Below the pieces are notes generated by a model, which was not told the DNA's origin, ran no database searches, and saw nothing but the letters and a program-made list of their open reading frames with translations. A program made the translations under genes and the position numbers. A stretch of 64,000 nt of DNA, taken from Alistipes onderdonkii (GTDB taxonomy: Bacteria > Bacillota_I > Bacilli_A > RFN20 > CAG-288). Location of the stretch: contig CAVALL010000002.1 in assembly GCA_963589675.1 (NCBI GenBank), positions 2,067 through 66,066 of the forward strand, read 5' to 3'. This document shows, piece after piece, positions 28,409 to 38,020 of the stretch; within the stretch, counting starts at the first letter, position 1; each line of letters opens with the position of its first letter.

Positions 28409-29059
28409 TCAGATATCCTTCTTTTCTATTTCGTCTACGCTTACTTGATATGTGAATAGATTCAGTAAGACAAAACATAATAATCCGACTAACAGATAGA
28501 GAATCTGATATAGGATATTTCCTCCGAAATCGAGTGCTTCACCAACGGTAGGAAGATACGCTAACACGATTCCAAAGAAGGAAAAGCAGGCAAAGGAAAT
28601 AAAGATAGGAACGAGTGTGGCAAGATATCTTTTTGGCGCAGTTTTGATATAAAGCGGCCAGAGGCAAAGGTTATAGATTCCATAGCAGAGGAAGGAACAG
28701 CCATATATTGAGAAGATGCTGTCAAGTCCGGGAATCGCTAGCATCATATCCGTGGAAAACAGAAATTGTTTTAATACGAGAATGGGTAGCGAAAAGAGCA
28801 TGAATGTGACTTCAAAGAAGATAGTCATGAATAGTTTTGATTTGATGTATTCCTTCTTTGAGATAGGAACGAGTGAAGAGAAGGTCATATCGTTGTTCTC
28901 GCTGATACATGCGACATAACTGTTGATGCTGATTGTAAGGGGAAGAAAGAAAGTTATAGTAGCAGGATAAGTCGGAAGCAAAAGGAGGAAAACAGCTAAG
29001 TATCCAAAATAGAAGACAGGATTCAAAAGAAGGAATTCTTTTTTCAACAGTGCTTTCAT
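28409..29059 (-). CDS. ABC-2-type membrane permease partner of the YtrA-like operon
   Basis: 216 aa, ~6 TM. Overlaps the upstream ATPase gene by 4 nt. Confidence 0.55.
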   Translation of the reverse strand: MKALLKKEFLLLNPVFYFGYLAVFLLLLPTYPATITFFLPLTISINSYVACISENNDMTFSSLVPISKKEYIKSKLFMTIFFEVTFMLFSLPILVLKQFLFSTDMMLAIPGLDSIFSIYGCSFLCYGIYNLCLWPLYIKTAPKRYLATLVPIFISFACFSFFGIVLAYLPTVGEALDFGGNILYQILYLLVGLLCFVLLNLFTYQVSVDEIEKKDI

Positions 29060-29913
29060 CTTTGTTTTCCCCTTTCCGTTAGAATCATAATCTGTTCAAT
29101 TGTCGGTTTAGAAATATTGACAGATGATGGTAACTTATCTTCATCAGTTTTCTTTATCAAGGCTTCAAAGGAATAGGGAGTCTCTTTGATGCCGATGATT
29201 ATGTCATCCGGTATCTGTTCTCCGATTGCTTTTGAAGTGATGATCAATCGATAATTATCAACAAAGGCATCCTTCTCATCGGAGAGGATGATCTTTCCGT
29301 TCTTGATATAGGTGATATAATCGGCAACTGCTTCCAAATCTGAGATGATCTGTGTAGAGAAGATGATGCTATGCTCCCCATCTTTGATATAGTTCTGAAA
29401 TTCACTGAGCACCTCATCTCTGGAAAAAGGATCCAATCCGGATGTCGGTTCATCGAGAATGAGAAGCTTAGCATGATGGGACATAGCTAAAGATAAAAGA
29501 AACTTTGTCTTCATACCATTGGATAATTCCTTGAATTTCTTCTTCTCATCTAAGGAGAAGCGTTGAATCAATGAATCATATTTTTCATCATCGAAATGAT
29601 GATAGAAGGGTGCAATTGCTTTTTTGATTGTGCAAAGCTTGAAGTTGGAATAGATATCCAATCCACCAAGCATCAATGAGACATCCTGTTTCAGTTCGGA
29701 TTCATTTGTGTCTTCAAGCTTTTTTCCGAACAAAGTGATTTCACCGGAATCAAAATGAATCAGTTTGTATATAGACTTGATCGTTGTAGTCTTTCCGGCT
29801 CCATTCTTTCCGATGAAACCCATGATATATCCGGGCTCAAGAGAAAATGACACATCCTGAAGGGTAAAGTTAGGATAGAACTTACAAAGATTCTTTACAG
29901 TTAGAATTGCCAT
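29056..29913 (-). CDS. ABC transporter ATP-binding protein
   Basis: Walker A GKNGAGKTT, LSNGMKTK signature-like motif, Walker B LLILDEP. Confidence 0.8.
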   Translation of the reverse strand: MAILTVKNLCKFYPNFTLQDVSFSLEPGYIMGFIGKNGAGKTTTIKSIYKLIHFDSGEITLFGKKLEDTNESELKQDVSLMLGGLDIYSNFKLCTIKKAIAPFYHHFDDEKYDSLIQRFSLDEKKKFKELSNGMKTKFLLSLAMSHHAKLLILDEPTSGLDPFSRDEVLSEFQNYIKDGEHSIIFSTQIISDLEAVADYITYIKNGKIILSDEKDAFVDNYRLIITSKAIGEQIPDDIIIGIKETPYSFEALIKKTDEDKLPSSVNISKPTIEQIMILTERGKQR

Positions 29914-30064
29914 AGTGTGCCTCCGTATATATTCAGTATATACAGTTATTGTATGTTGTCAATTCTTTTCTTTTCCTATTTTGTCTTTCTCTTTGTCAAG
30001 TTTCCTTTGCTCTTTATCTTTAAAAGTTTTATAGTTTATATATAGCGAAGAAATGAGGACCGTT

Positions 30065-30799
30065 ATGGACGATAATATTGTTTTCGGAAAAATACCTGTC
30101 AAAAATGCAATTGTAGGAAACAGAAAGCCTGTTCGTGTCTTTTTGAATGTGAATCATCCAGATCCAGAAATACTATCTCTTGCCAGAAAGAATTCACTTC
30201 CAGTCAAGATGATCTCGGCTGAGGAATTGAATCACCTCTCTAACAACAAGAATCATCAGGGCGTAGTGTGTTCGATGCCTGAATTCCATTTTACGGAGTT
30301 GTATGATCTTCTTTCTCTTGTAAAGGATAAGAAGGATTCCACCATCATAATGTTAGATGGAATCGAGGATCCTGTTAATTTTGGTTCTATCATTCGTACA
30401 TCCACAGGATTCAATGTGGATGGCATCATCATCGGAAAGAATAGACAGGTTCAAGTCACAGGAACTGTTTCTAAAGTTGCAACGGGTGGAGAGGAAATCA
30501 TTCCGATTGTTCAAGTGACGAATCTTTCTCAGACTCTCGAAAAACTGAAGAAAGAAGGATATTGGGTTGTCGCCTCAGCCGGTGAGGGCAAGGATGTCTA
30601 TGACGAGATAGATTATTCTGGAAAGATTGTTCTTGTTATCGGCAGCGAAGGCTTCGGTGTCTCGAAGCTTGTTCGTGAACATTCTGATTTTATCGCATCT
30701 ATTCCTCTAGAAGGAAAAGTGAAAGCATTAAACGCAAGCATAGCTTGTGCTGTCTTTGTCGCCCAGATCGATTCCTATCGTAGAAAAAAGCGCAAATAG
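30065..30799 (+). CDS. rlmB: 23S rRNA (guanosine-2'-O)-methyltransferase RlmB (SpoU/TrmH family)
   Basis: Start MDDNIVFGKIPV after RBS. SPOUT C-terminal motifs (VLVIGSEGFGVS, LNASIACAV). From memory, B. subtilis has a comparable gene order (yacO/rlmB upstream of sigH). Confidence 0.7.
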   Translation: MDDNIVFGKIPVKNAIVGNRKPVRVFLNVNHPDPEILSLARKNSLPVKMISAEELNHLSNNKNHQGVVCSMPEFHFTELYDLLSLVKDKKDSTIIMLDGIEDPVNFGSIIRTSTGFNVDGIIIGKNRQVQVTGTVSKVATGGEEIIPIVQVTNLSQTLEKLKKEGYWVVASAGEGKDVYDEIDYSGKIVLVIGSEGFGVSKLVREHSDFIASIPLEGKVKALNASIACAVFVAQIDSYRRKKRK

Positions 30800-30903
30800 T
30801 CTATTGTATTCATAGTGTCATTCATCTACTGCACTGAAATATATCCAGAGAAAGAAAGCAAATATGCTTTTTATGTTTTCTATGGATTTGGAGGTGCGTA
30901 ACA

Positions 30904-31599
30904 ATGAAACACGCTAGTCGAGTCTATGAAAATCGTATGTTGCGGGACGAGATGAAGCTGGCTTTCGACAAGGAAGCCGGCAAGTTGGTGACGACAGAAG
31001 TCGAATTTCCAAATCTGGGATACGAGTTTGAAGCCTATTCTTTGTCGGAACTTGCAATGATTGCAAAAACGGATGATGTGGCAAGTGATGAATTTATGAG
31101 ACGCGTTGAACCTTCTTTACGACACTACGTCAAGTATGTCTGTGATGTAAGGACATTTTTGGACTATAACGCTGTTTACACAACTTTGATAAGGGCCGCC
31201 AACAAAGTCATCGATATCTATGTCGACTCCTTTGGAACACCTGTTGAAAACCTTCTGAGAAAGAACTTTCAGTCGTATTTCAATTGGTTTGTCAAAAATG
31301 AGGGAGTTAGGTATCATCGTGAATTAGCAGCGCTAGGAAAGAAGGTCTGTGTCTCAGAAATCACCTTCTTTGATAGTGTTGCGGAAGGAGAAGATGTGAC
31401 TGCAACCATTGTGGACAAGGTGGATTTTGAACGCTTCATGGAAACGTTGGACAAAGAGGATGTCGATGTTTTGATGATGTACTCTATGTCCTATTCTTAT
31501 CGTGAGATTGCACAAATTATGGGTGTGTCCAGTTCTACAATTGCATACCGAATCAATACTCTTTTGAAGAAATTCAAGAAGATGAGGGAGAAGAAGTGA
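30904..31599 (+). CDS. sigma-70-family alternative sigma factor (SigH-like by position after rlmB)
   Basis: C-terminal region-4 HTH YSYREIAQIMGVSSSTIAYRINTLLKKF. 231 aa. Region-2-like part is divergent. Confidence 0.5.
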   Translation: MKHASRVYENRMLRDEMKLAFDKEAGKLVTTEVEFPNLGYEFEAYSLSELAMIAKTDDVASDEFMRRVEPSLRHYVKYVCDVRTFLDYNAVYTTLIRAANKVIDIYVDSFGTPVENLLRKNFQSYFNWFVKNEGVRYHRELAALGKKVCVSEITFFDSVAEGEDVTATIVDKVDFERFMETLDKEDVDVLMMYSMSYSYREIAQIMGVSSSTIAYRINTLLKKFKKMREKK

Positions 31600-31635
31600 T
31601 TGTATATTTCTGATTTTGATATAATCTATAGGTGA

Positions 31636-32508
31636 ATGAACCGCACTGCTATAACTATTATTGTTCCTGTCTATCACAAAAGCGAATTCCTCAAGGAATG
31701 TCTTACTTCTCTAAGAGAACAGGAATTTTCATTGCCCTATCAAGTTGTGATGATCGATTGTTCAGCTGAGGAAAGCTGTCGCAATCTTGCTAAGTCCTTT
31801 GAAAGAATGGACAATCGGTTTTTCTATTATCGTTGGGATGTGAATCAAGGTCCTGGCTATTCTAGAAACCTTGGAATCTTTCACTCTGCTGGTGAATATA
31901 TCTCTTTTGTTGATGGTGATGATGTTGTAAAACACAATTACCTTTCAGAGCTTTATGAGAAAGCAAAGAAGACGGATGCGGATGTTGTCACTTGTGGATA
32001 CTATCTCTTTGATGGGAAGAAGAGCTTTCCGGGATATTCCCGTGTGAGAAAGACAACAGATGGAAAGACAGTCCTAAAGAGAATCTATAAGAGTCCTCGT
32101 GGTAAGTTTCGTACTTTCTGTTGGGGAAGACTGTATAAGAAGAGTCTTCTCCTTGAAAACAGAATCTTCTTCCCGTCTGATTTGATACAGTATGAGGACT
32201 GGCTCTTCGTGAATGCTGTCCTGATTCATGCGAAAAAGGTAGTCTTTGTAAAGAAGATGCTATACGGATACCGTCAAAGATACGACTCCATCATGTCAGA
32301 TTATCACGATAGGTTTGCATTTCATAAGATAGCAATAGAGAGGTCTATCTCTTATATCACATCAAAGGATGATGCATTTGCTAAGAAACTATTCACACAT
32401 CTCTCCTTACTTGTCAGAATGCAGTTATACTATGACTTGAAAGGCATGAAACATAAGGAAAAGAAAGAAAAAATACAGGAAGTTGAAAAATTGTTTTACA
32501 AGAGGTGA
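31636..32508 (+). CDS. family-2 glycosyltransferase
   Basis: IIVPVYHKSEFLKECLTSL (GT-A N-terminal motif) and the DGDD motif. Confidence 0.75.
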   Translation: MNRTAITIIVPVYHKSEFLKECLTSLREQEFSLPYQVVMIDCSAEESCRNLAKSFERMDNRFFYYRWDVNQGPGYSRNLGIFHSAGEYISFVDGDDVVKHNYLSELYEKAKKTDADVVTCGYYLFDGKKSFPGYSRVRKTTDGKTVLKRIYKSPRGKFRTFCWGRLYKKSLLLENRIFFPSDLIQYEDWLFVNAVLIHAKKVVFVKKMLYGYRQRYDSIMSDYHDRFAFHKIAIERSISYITSKDDAFAKKLFTHLSLLVRMQLYYDLKGMKHKEKKEKIQEVEKLFYKR

Positions 32509-32511
32509 GGT

Positions 32512-33405
32512 ATGAAGAGAGAAATCTTTGAGAATCTAGCGAAAAAGCTCTATTTTCAGCGCAATGAGAATGCAATCAAATCAGATAACGGGAAAGCTCT
32601 TCTGATCGGCTCAAGCCGTAATTTTCCTAACGCCACATTGATTGCTAGCGAATGTGCGGTCTTATCGGGCAATGGATATAATGCAGTCTCTGTTCCAGAT
32701 TCAGTTTATCCTGTTGTCTTTTCAAGAGTTTCTCCTTTGTGCATCCATCAAGAGATTCCTTGTTCAATGGATGATTTCCTTTTAGATGATTTCTCCTATC
32801 TTAAGAAATATGATTCCGTTCTTTTTGGAAATGGAGTCTCTGTTTCAGAGAAGAATTATCAGTTTTTGAAGGGATTGATTGAAGATGCAGAAAACAACTT
32901 GGTTTTAGATGCGAGTGCGCTAAGATTATTGTCAGAATATGGATCAGACATCCTGAAGTCAAAAAAGAAAGAATCAAAAATCTTATTGACTCCTCATTTA
33001 GGAGAGGCGGGTGCCTTACTACATGAAAACCTTCATTCCAAGGATCCCAATGACTATCTTCTGAAAGCAAAAGAATTCGCACAAAAATATGATGTCTCGA
33101 TACTTTTGAAGAGTGTATCATCCATTCTAGTCCTTCCGGATGGAAACAGTTTCCGTTCCGATTACTCCCCTACGGTCTCTCTTGCAAAGGCAGGATCGGG
33201 TGATGGCCTCTCTGGATATATCACAGGTCTACTATCCTTCGCTATGAAATATGCGAGTTATCAAGACGCAATCCTTTTCGCAGATATGATGATTCATCTA
33301 TCTATGTCGGAATTGGAAAAAATCAATTCACCATCTCTCTATTCGATTCTCTCATTACGAGAAGGAATGGAAATAGTGTTGAACCATTTGAAAAAAGAAG
33401 AATAG
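32512..33405 (+). CDS. ADP-dependent NAD(P)H-hydrate dehydratase (YjeF C-terminal / Nnr-like carbohydrate-kinase fold)
   Basis: AGSGDGLSGYITGLLS motif near the C-terminus. 297 aa. Confidence 0.65.
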   Translation: MKREIFENLAKKLYFQRNENAIKSDNGKALLIGSSRNFPNATLIASECAVLSGNGYNAVSVPDSVYPVVFSRVSPLCIHQEIPCSMDDFLLDDFSYLKKYDSVLFGNGVSVSEKNYQFLKGLIEDAENNLVLDASALRLLSEYGSDILKSKKKESKILLTPHLGEAGALLHENLHSKDPNDYLLKAKEFAQKYDVSILLKSVSSILVLPDGNSFRSDYSPTVSLAKAGSGDGLSGYITGLLSFAMKYASYQDAILFADMMIHLSMSELEKINSPSLYSILSLREGMEIVLNHLKKEE

Positions 33406-33465
33406 AAAAAACTCGGCAAGCTTTTGTCTAGTAGAGCTAGACATCAGCTCAGCCGAGTTTTTTTG
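33406..33465. terminator. bidirectional terminator (long stem AAAAAACTCGGC...GCCGAGTTTTTTT) between convergent genes
   Basis: 12-bp outer stem flanked by A-run and T-run. Inner mini-hairpin tctagtagagctaga. Confidence 0.65.
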
Positions 33466-35196
33466 TTACTTATCTATCTTGGAAAGATCAAACTTCTTGA
33501 GGTATTCCATCACGTTTTCGCTGACGTTCTTCAATGTGTCTCCATCCATCGGATTTGCGATGTCTGCTTTCTTAAGTAGACTGCGGAAAGGAAGGGTTCC
33601 ACCAAGGCGGTCAAAAGCTAAATGTTTATCAAAGGCTTTCTTATGGTCCTTTTCAGACTCGGCAAAGAATTCAAGGGCGACAACCTGAGCGATGGTATAG
33701 TCGAGATAGTACAAGGGGTTTTCAAAGATGTGGTGCTGTCTTTCAAAATATCCGCCGGATTCCAAGAATGCGTTGTCTTCATATTGACGGTGTGGCAAGT
33801 ATGTTCTTTCTAATTCACGGAAGTAAGCTTTTCTTTCCTTGTGTGTGAGTTCGGGATGTTCATAGACATAAGCTTGGAAGGCATCGACAATGCATCCATA
33901 TGGGATGAATGTGATGGCATCACACAAATGCTGATAGAGATATTTGTCTGTATCCTCTTTGAAGAAGTATTTCATCCAAGGATAGGTTAGATATTCCATG
34001 GACATAGAATGCATTTCACAGCATTCCATGCCGGGATTTCTATAGGCGGGAACATCGGTTCCTTCGGCACCTAAGAAGCCCTGAAGAGAATGACCAAATT
34101 CATGGGTCAAGACATCAACATCTCCGCTCGTACCATTGAAATTGGAGAATATGAATGCAGTCTTAAAACTCGGTAAATAGTCCATATATCCGCCACCGGA
34201 CTTTCCTGGCTTTGCAAGAAGGTCCATGCAGTGATGGTCAACCATGAAGTTGAAATATTTGCTTGCGACAGGGGAAAGCTCTTCGTACATTTTTCTAGCG
34301 GCTTGGATTAACTCATCCGGTGTTCCTTTTGGTGTCGGATTTCCGCTCTTGTAGAAGATGCTATAGTCATAATAGTGAATATCTTCATATCCGATTCTTT
34401 CCTTCTGTTCCTGGAAGATCTTTTCAGAGAGGGGAACGATGTTCTCAAGTATCTTCTTACGATAGACCTCGGCATCCTCTGGAGTCCAATCAAGTCTTCC
34501 CATTCTGTCATAGCCGAGATAAAGGAAGTTCTTATATCCTAATTTGTGTGCGATAGTGGTTCTGACCTTGACCATCTTGTCATAGATATCACCTATCTTC
34601 TCATCATTTTCGCTATAGAAGGCCCAGACAGCTTCGCTGGCTTCTTTTCTTGTTTCACGATCAGAGGAAGTGGTGAACTTTCCCATCTGAGCAAGACTGT
34701 ATTTTTCACCTCGGAATTCAATCAAAGCGCTAGAGACGACATTGATGTAATCTCTGGTAAGTTTGTTCTCTTCCACCAAATCAGGAACGATTTCCTTCGA
34801 GAATGTCTTGTTGGAAAGCTCAACTTCATCAAAATAGAGTTGACCAAATGCTTCTACTAATTCTTTGCGGAATGGGGAATCAAAAAAGTCCTTGTCGAAA
34901 CGATTGAAATGCTCGGAAATCTCAGGTGAAATGTTATCGATGAGCTCGGATAAATCTTTGTAATAGGGATCCTGTGTATTGATTGTATAGTGAATGTAGA
35001 TTAATGAGAAGATTGTTCTGACATTGTCGGAAAGATTGAAGTATTCTCTGACTGTCTTTACAGCTTCCTCGCCGCTTTTGCTATCGACTAACTTCTTATC
35101 GAGAATATCGATTGCTTCGATAATCTCATCCTTATTCGGTCTTTCTACTTTGATCTCTTCGAGATTTTTGAAATTTGGGTCAAATTGCTGAATCAT
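33466..35196 (-). CDS. pepF: oligoendopeptidase F (M3B family)
   Basis: HEFGH zinc-binding motif (LTHEFGHSLQ). ~576 aa. Confidence 0.8.
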   Translation of the reverse strand: MIQQFDPNFKNLEEIKVERPNKDEIIEAIDILDKKLVDSKSGEEAVKTVREYFNLSDNVRTIFSLIYIHYTINTQDPYYKDLSELIDNISPEISEHFNRFDKDFFDSPFRKELVEAFGQLYFDEVELSNKTFSKEIVPDLVEENKLTRDYINVVSSALIEFRGEKYSLAQMGKFTTSSDRETRKEASEAVWAFYSENDEKIGDIYDKMVKVRTTIAHKLGYKNFLYLGYDRMGRLDWTPEDAEVYRKKILENIVPLSEKIFQEQKERIGYEDIHYYDYSIFYKSGNPTPKGTPDELIQAARKMYEELSPVASKYFNFMVDHHCMDLLAKPGKSGGGYMDYLPSFKTAFIFSNFNGTSGDVDVLTHEFGHSLQGFLGAEGTDVPAYRNPGMECCEMHSMSMEYLTYPWMKYFFKEDTDKYLYQHLCDAITFIPYGCIVDAFQAYVYEHPELTHKERKAYFRELERTYLPHRQYEDNAFLESGGYFERQHHIFENPLYYLDYTIAQVVALEFFAESEKDHKKAFDKHLAFDRLGGTLPFRSLLKKADIANPMDGDTLKNVSENVMEYLKKFDLSKIDK

Positions 35197-35211
35197 GTGT
35201 ATGTCCTTTCT

Positions 35212-36717
35212 TTAACAATGATAGAGTTCTCTGAACTTCTTGTTCAGATAGTCGATGTAATCTTTAGCGGAGAAGTCCTCGCCGGTCAGATTCTTAATCC
35301 ATTCTTTTGTGTCATATAGTGGGGCCGTGGCAAAGACATTGTCTTTCATCCAAGATAGGATCTCATCCATTTTCCCTTCTCTGACTTTCTCTTTCATGCC
35401 GATTTCTTTTTCCATCTTCTTAGAGTAGATGCAGTTTAAGGCATTACCCATGCTATAGGTTGGAAAATATCCAAAGCCAGAAGACCAATGGACATCCTGA
35501 AGGATACCGGATTTGTCATCGCTAACATCGATTCCAAGATATTCCTTGTAGAGTCTGTTCCATTCTTTGTTGAGGGAATCGAAGTCTGCTTTTCCTTCCA
35601 TGATTTTCTTCTCTAGACGATATCTTATCAGGATATGAAGAGAGTAGGTTAGTTCATCGGCTTCGGTTCTCAATGGATTATCAAAGTCGATGTAGTTTGC
35701 ACCTTCATATAAATCATCTTCGGTGACGTCAGACATTTCATCGTGGAAAATCTTTATGAATTCAGGATAGATTGCATGGATATATTCCTTGCTTCTTCCG
35801 ATGACATTTTCGTAGAATCGAGAGACAGATTCATGCTTTGCCATACTGAGAGATCCTTCTCCGAGATGGTGAATGAAGACGTCTTCCTTTATGTTCTGAC
35901 CGAATAAGGCATGACCGCCTTCATGGACGATGGAGAACATATTGGATAGGAAGTTATCTTCGAAATAATGTGTTGTGATTCGAACATCATTATAGGAGAA
36001 CTGTTCCGTGAAAGGATGCTCTGTTGTGGATAAGGATCCGCGCTCGAAATCGAATCCGTTGAATCTCATCAAGAACTCAGAGAATTCAGCCTGTTTTCCA
36101 ATCGGGACTCGTCTTCTTAAGAAGTCGTGTCTAGGCTGGTATGTTGCGTTTCTGACATCCTTGAGTAATGGAACCAATCCCTTTTCCAATTCGTCAAAGA
36201 ATGGATCAAGATCTTTTGTGGTGAAACCATATTCATAGTCGGAGAGAAGAGTATCATAGAGATTGTCTTTGTTGTAGTTATCCTGTAACTCTACATATCT
36301 CTTTTCCAAATCGTAGATCTTTTCTAGTGTCTCTTTGAATAAGGAATAGTCGTTTTTCTCCTTAGCATCTATCCAGGTGATATAGGCGTTATTGAATAAC
36401 TCAGTTCTTTCCTTGTCAAATTCTGGTGTGACATTCTTTTCCGATGTGATTTCTCTGTTCAAGAGAGTGACAAGTCTTTGATCGTAAGGATCAAGAGTAT
36501 CGATCTCATCATCGAGTTTCGAAACTAAGTCTCTGAATTCCTTACTGGAACGGATGGAGAAGACTTTAGCGGAGAGATAGGATATATCTCTAGCATCATC
36601 AGCCATGCCTTTCATTGGGGCAGCAGTCTCCATATCGTAATTCAGAATCTGCATCATGTGGGTCAGGGATTCGCATTGTTTGAGCAAATCATATAGACGG
36701 TTGAGTTGTTCGTTCAT
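35212..36717 (-). CDS. M32-family carboxypeptidase (Taq-type)
   Basis: HEGGHALFGQ (HExxH). 501 aa. Family-typical N-terminus. Confidence 0.75.
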   Translation of the reverse strand: MNEQLNRLYDLLKQCESLTHMMQILNYDMETAAPMKGMADDARDISYLSAKVFSIRSSKEFRDLVSKLDDEIDTLDPYDQRLVTLLNREITSEKNVTPEFDKERTELFNNAYITWIDAKEKNDYSLFKETLEKIYDLEKRYVELQDNYNKDNLYDTLLSDYEYGFTTKDLDPFFDELEKGLVPLLKDVRNATYQPRHDFLRRRVPIGKQAEFSEFLMRFNGFDFERGSLSTTEHPFTEQFSYNDVRITTHYFEDNFLSNMFSIVHEGGHALFGQNIKEDVFIHHLGEGSLSMAKHESVSRFYENVIGRSKEYIHAIYPEFIKIFHDEMSDVTEDDLYEGANYIDFDNPLRTEADELTYSLHILIRYRLEKKIMEGKADFDSLNKEWNRLYKEYLGIDVSDDKSGILQDVHWSSGFGYFPTYSMGNALNCIYSKKMEKEIGMKEKVREGKMDEILSWMKDNVFATAPLYDTKEWIKNLTGEDFSAKDYIDYLNKKFRELYHC

Positions 36718-36800
36718 TGTTGAATAGCCTTTCAGTTTGTACCTATCTTATATTTTTTTCTTTCTTTTCTCAAGATAAGGAAGAGCATATAATACTAATT

Positions 36801-37838
36801 ATGAAGAAACTTAAGATTGATATGTTATCCCGTGCTACTAGTGTTCCTGCGCAAGGAGTGGGTAGTGTTTATATTGAATTGATGCGACTTCTTGAAAAAT
36901 ACGGCAAGGATGATTTTGATGTCCGTGAAAATGAGCTATCTTCTAAGATGGATATTTATCACATCCATTCCGTCAATTATCCCTTCTATCAGATGATGAA
37001 TGATAAGAGGATAACAATCTGTTTTGTCCATTTTATGCCTGATACATTAGAAGGAAGCATCAAACTTCCTAAGTCAGCTTTTGATTTATTCAAGAAATAT
37101 GTTGTCTCCTTTTATAAGAAAGCCAAGGAAATCGTTGTAGTGAATCCATCCTTCAAACAGGAACTTGTCCAATATGGATTGGATGAGAATAAGATTACAT
37201 ATATTCCTAATTTCGTATCCAAAAGCGAATATTTTGCCTTAGATGAAGACAAGAAAAAAGAAATCAGAAAGTGCTATAAACTTCCTGCTGATGCATTTGT
37301 CGTTCTTGGTGTAGGACAAGTTCAGACAAGAAAAGGAATCCTTGACTTCATAAAGATGAGTGAAGAGAATCCAGACATGTATTTTGTCTGGGCGGGTGGA
37401 TTCTCGTTCAAGAATATGACAGATGGCTATCATGAATTGAAAAAGGAAATGAGTAAGAAGAGAAAGAATTTAATCTTCTTAGGAATTGTAGATAGAGACA
37501 AAATGAATGAAGTCTACAATATGGCTGATGTGTTTGTTCTTCCTTCCTATAACGAACTTTTCCCAATGGCACTATTAGAAAACTGTTCGGTAGGAAAGCC
37601 GTATATTGTACGAGATTTAGACTTGTACAAGGACATTCTTGTCGATGATTATATGAATGCAAAAGACGTTGAAGGCTTCAATATTCTTTTACGGAAACTG
37701 AAAGAAGATAAGTCGTTTTATGACTCTGGTGTTTCCATTTCTATGGAAATCACGACAAAATACAGTGAAGAGAATCTCTACAAGATGTGGAGAGATTATT
37801 ATTGGAATATCTATAACAAATATCATAAAGAGCAGTAA
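36801..37838 (+). CDS. GT4-family glycosyltransferase (glycolipid synthase-like)
   Basis: Start revised to MKKLKIDML (the ORF-track N-terminus overlaps the divergent peptidase start). GT-B C-terminal region. Confidence 0.55.
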   Translation: MKKLKIDMLSRATSVPAQGVGSVYIELMRLLEKYGKDDFDVRENELSSKMDIYHIHSVNYPFYQMMNDKRITICFVHFMPDTLEGSIKLPKSAFDLFKKYVVSFYKKAKEIVVVNPSFKQELVQYGLDENKITYIPNFVSKSEYFALDEDKKKEIRKCYKLPADAFVVLGVGQVQTRKGILDFIKMSEENPDMYFVWAGGFSFKNMTDGYHELKKEMSKKRKNLIFLGIVDRDKMNEVYNMADVFVLPSYNELFPMALLENCSVGKPYIVRDLDLYKDILVDDYMNAKDVEGFNILLRKLKEDKSFYDSGVSISMEITTKYSEENLYKMWRDYYWNIYNKYHKEQ

Positions 37839-38020
37839 TTTTTTAGAAAGCGTATTACAATCTCTGAAATGAATTGTATGTAGTTCCTGATTTGCTTGAA
37901 GCTTTTATTGTGATTCTATTTTTCTGTTGCATGAAATCTAACGCAAATAATTGTATCCACTTGAGAGTATTTTTGATAAAATAACTCTTGATTTATTTAA
38001 TAATTAAAGAGGTAAAGAAA

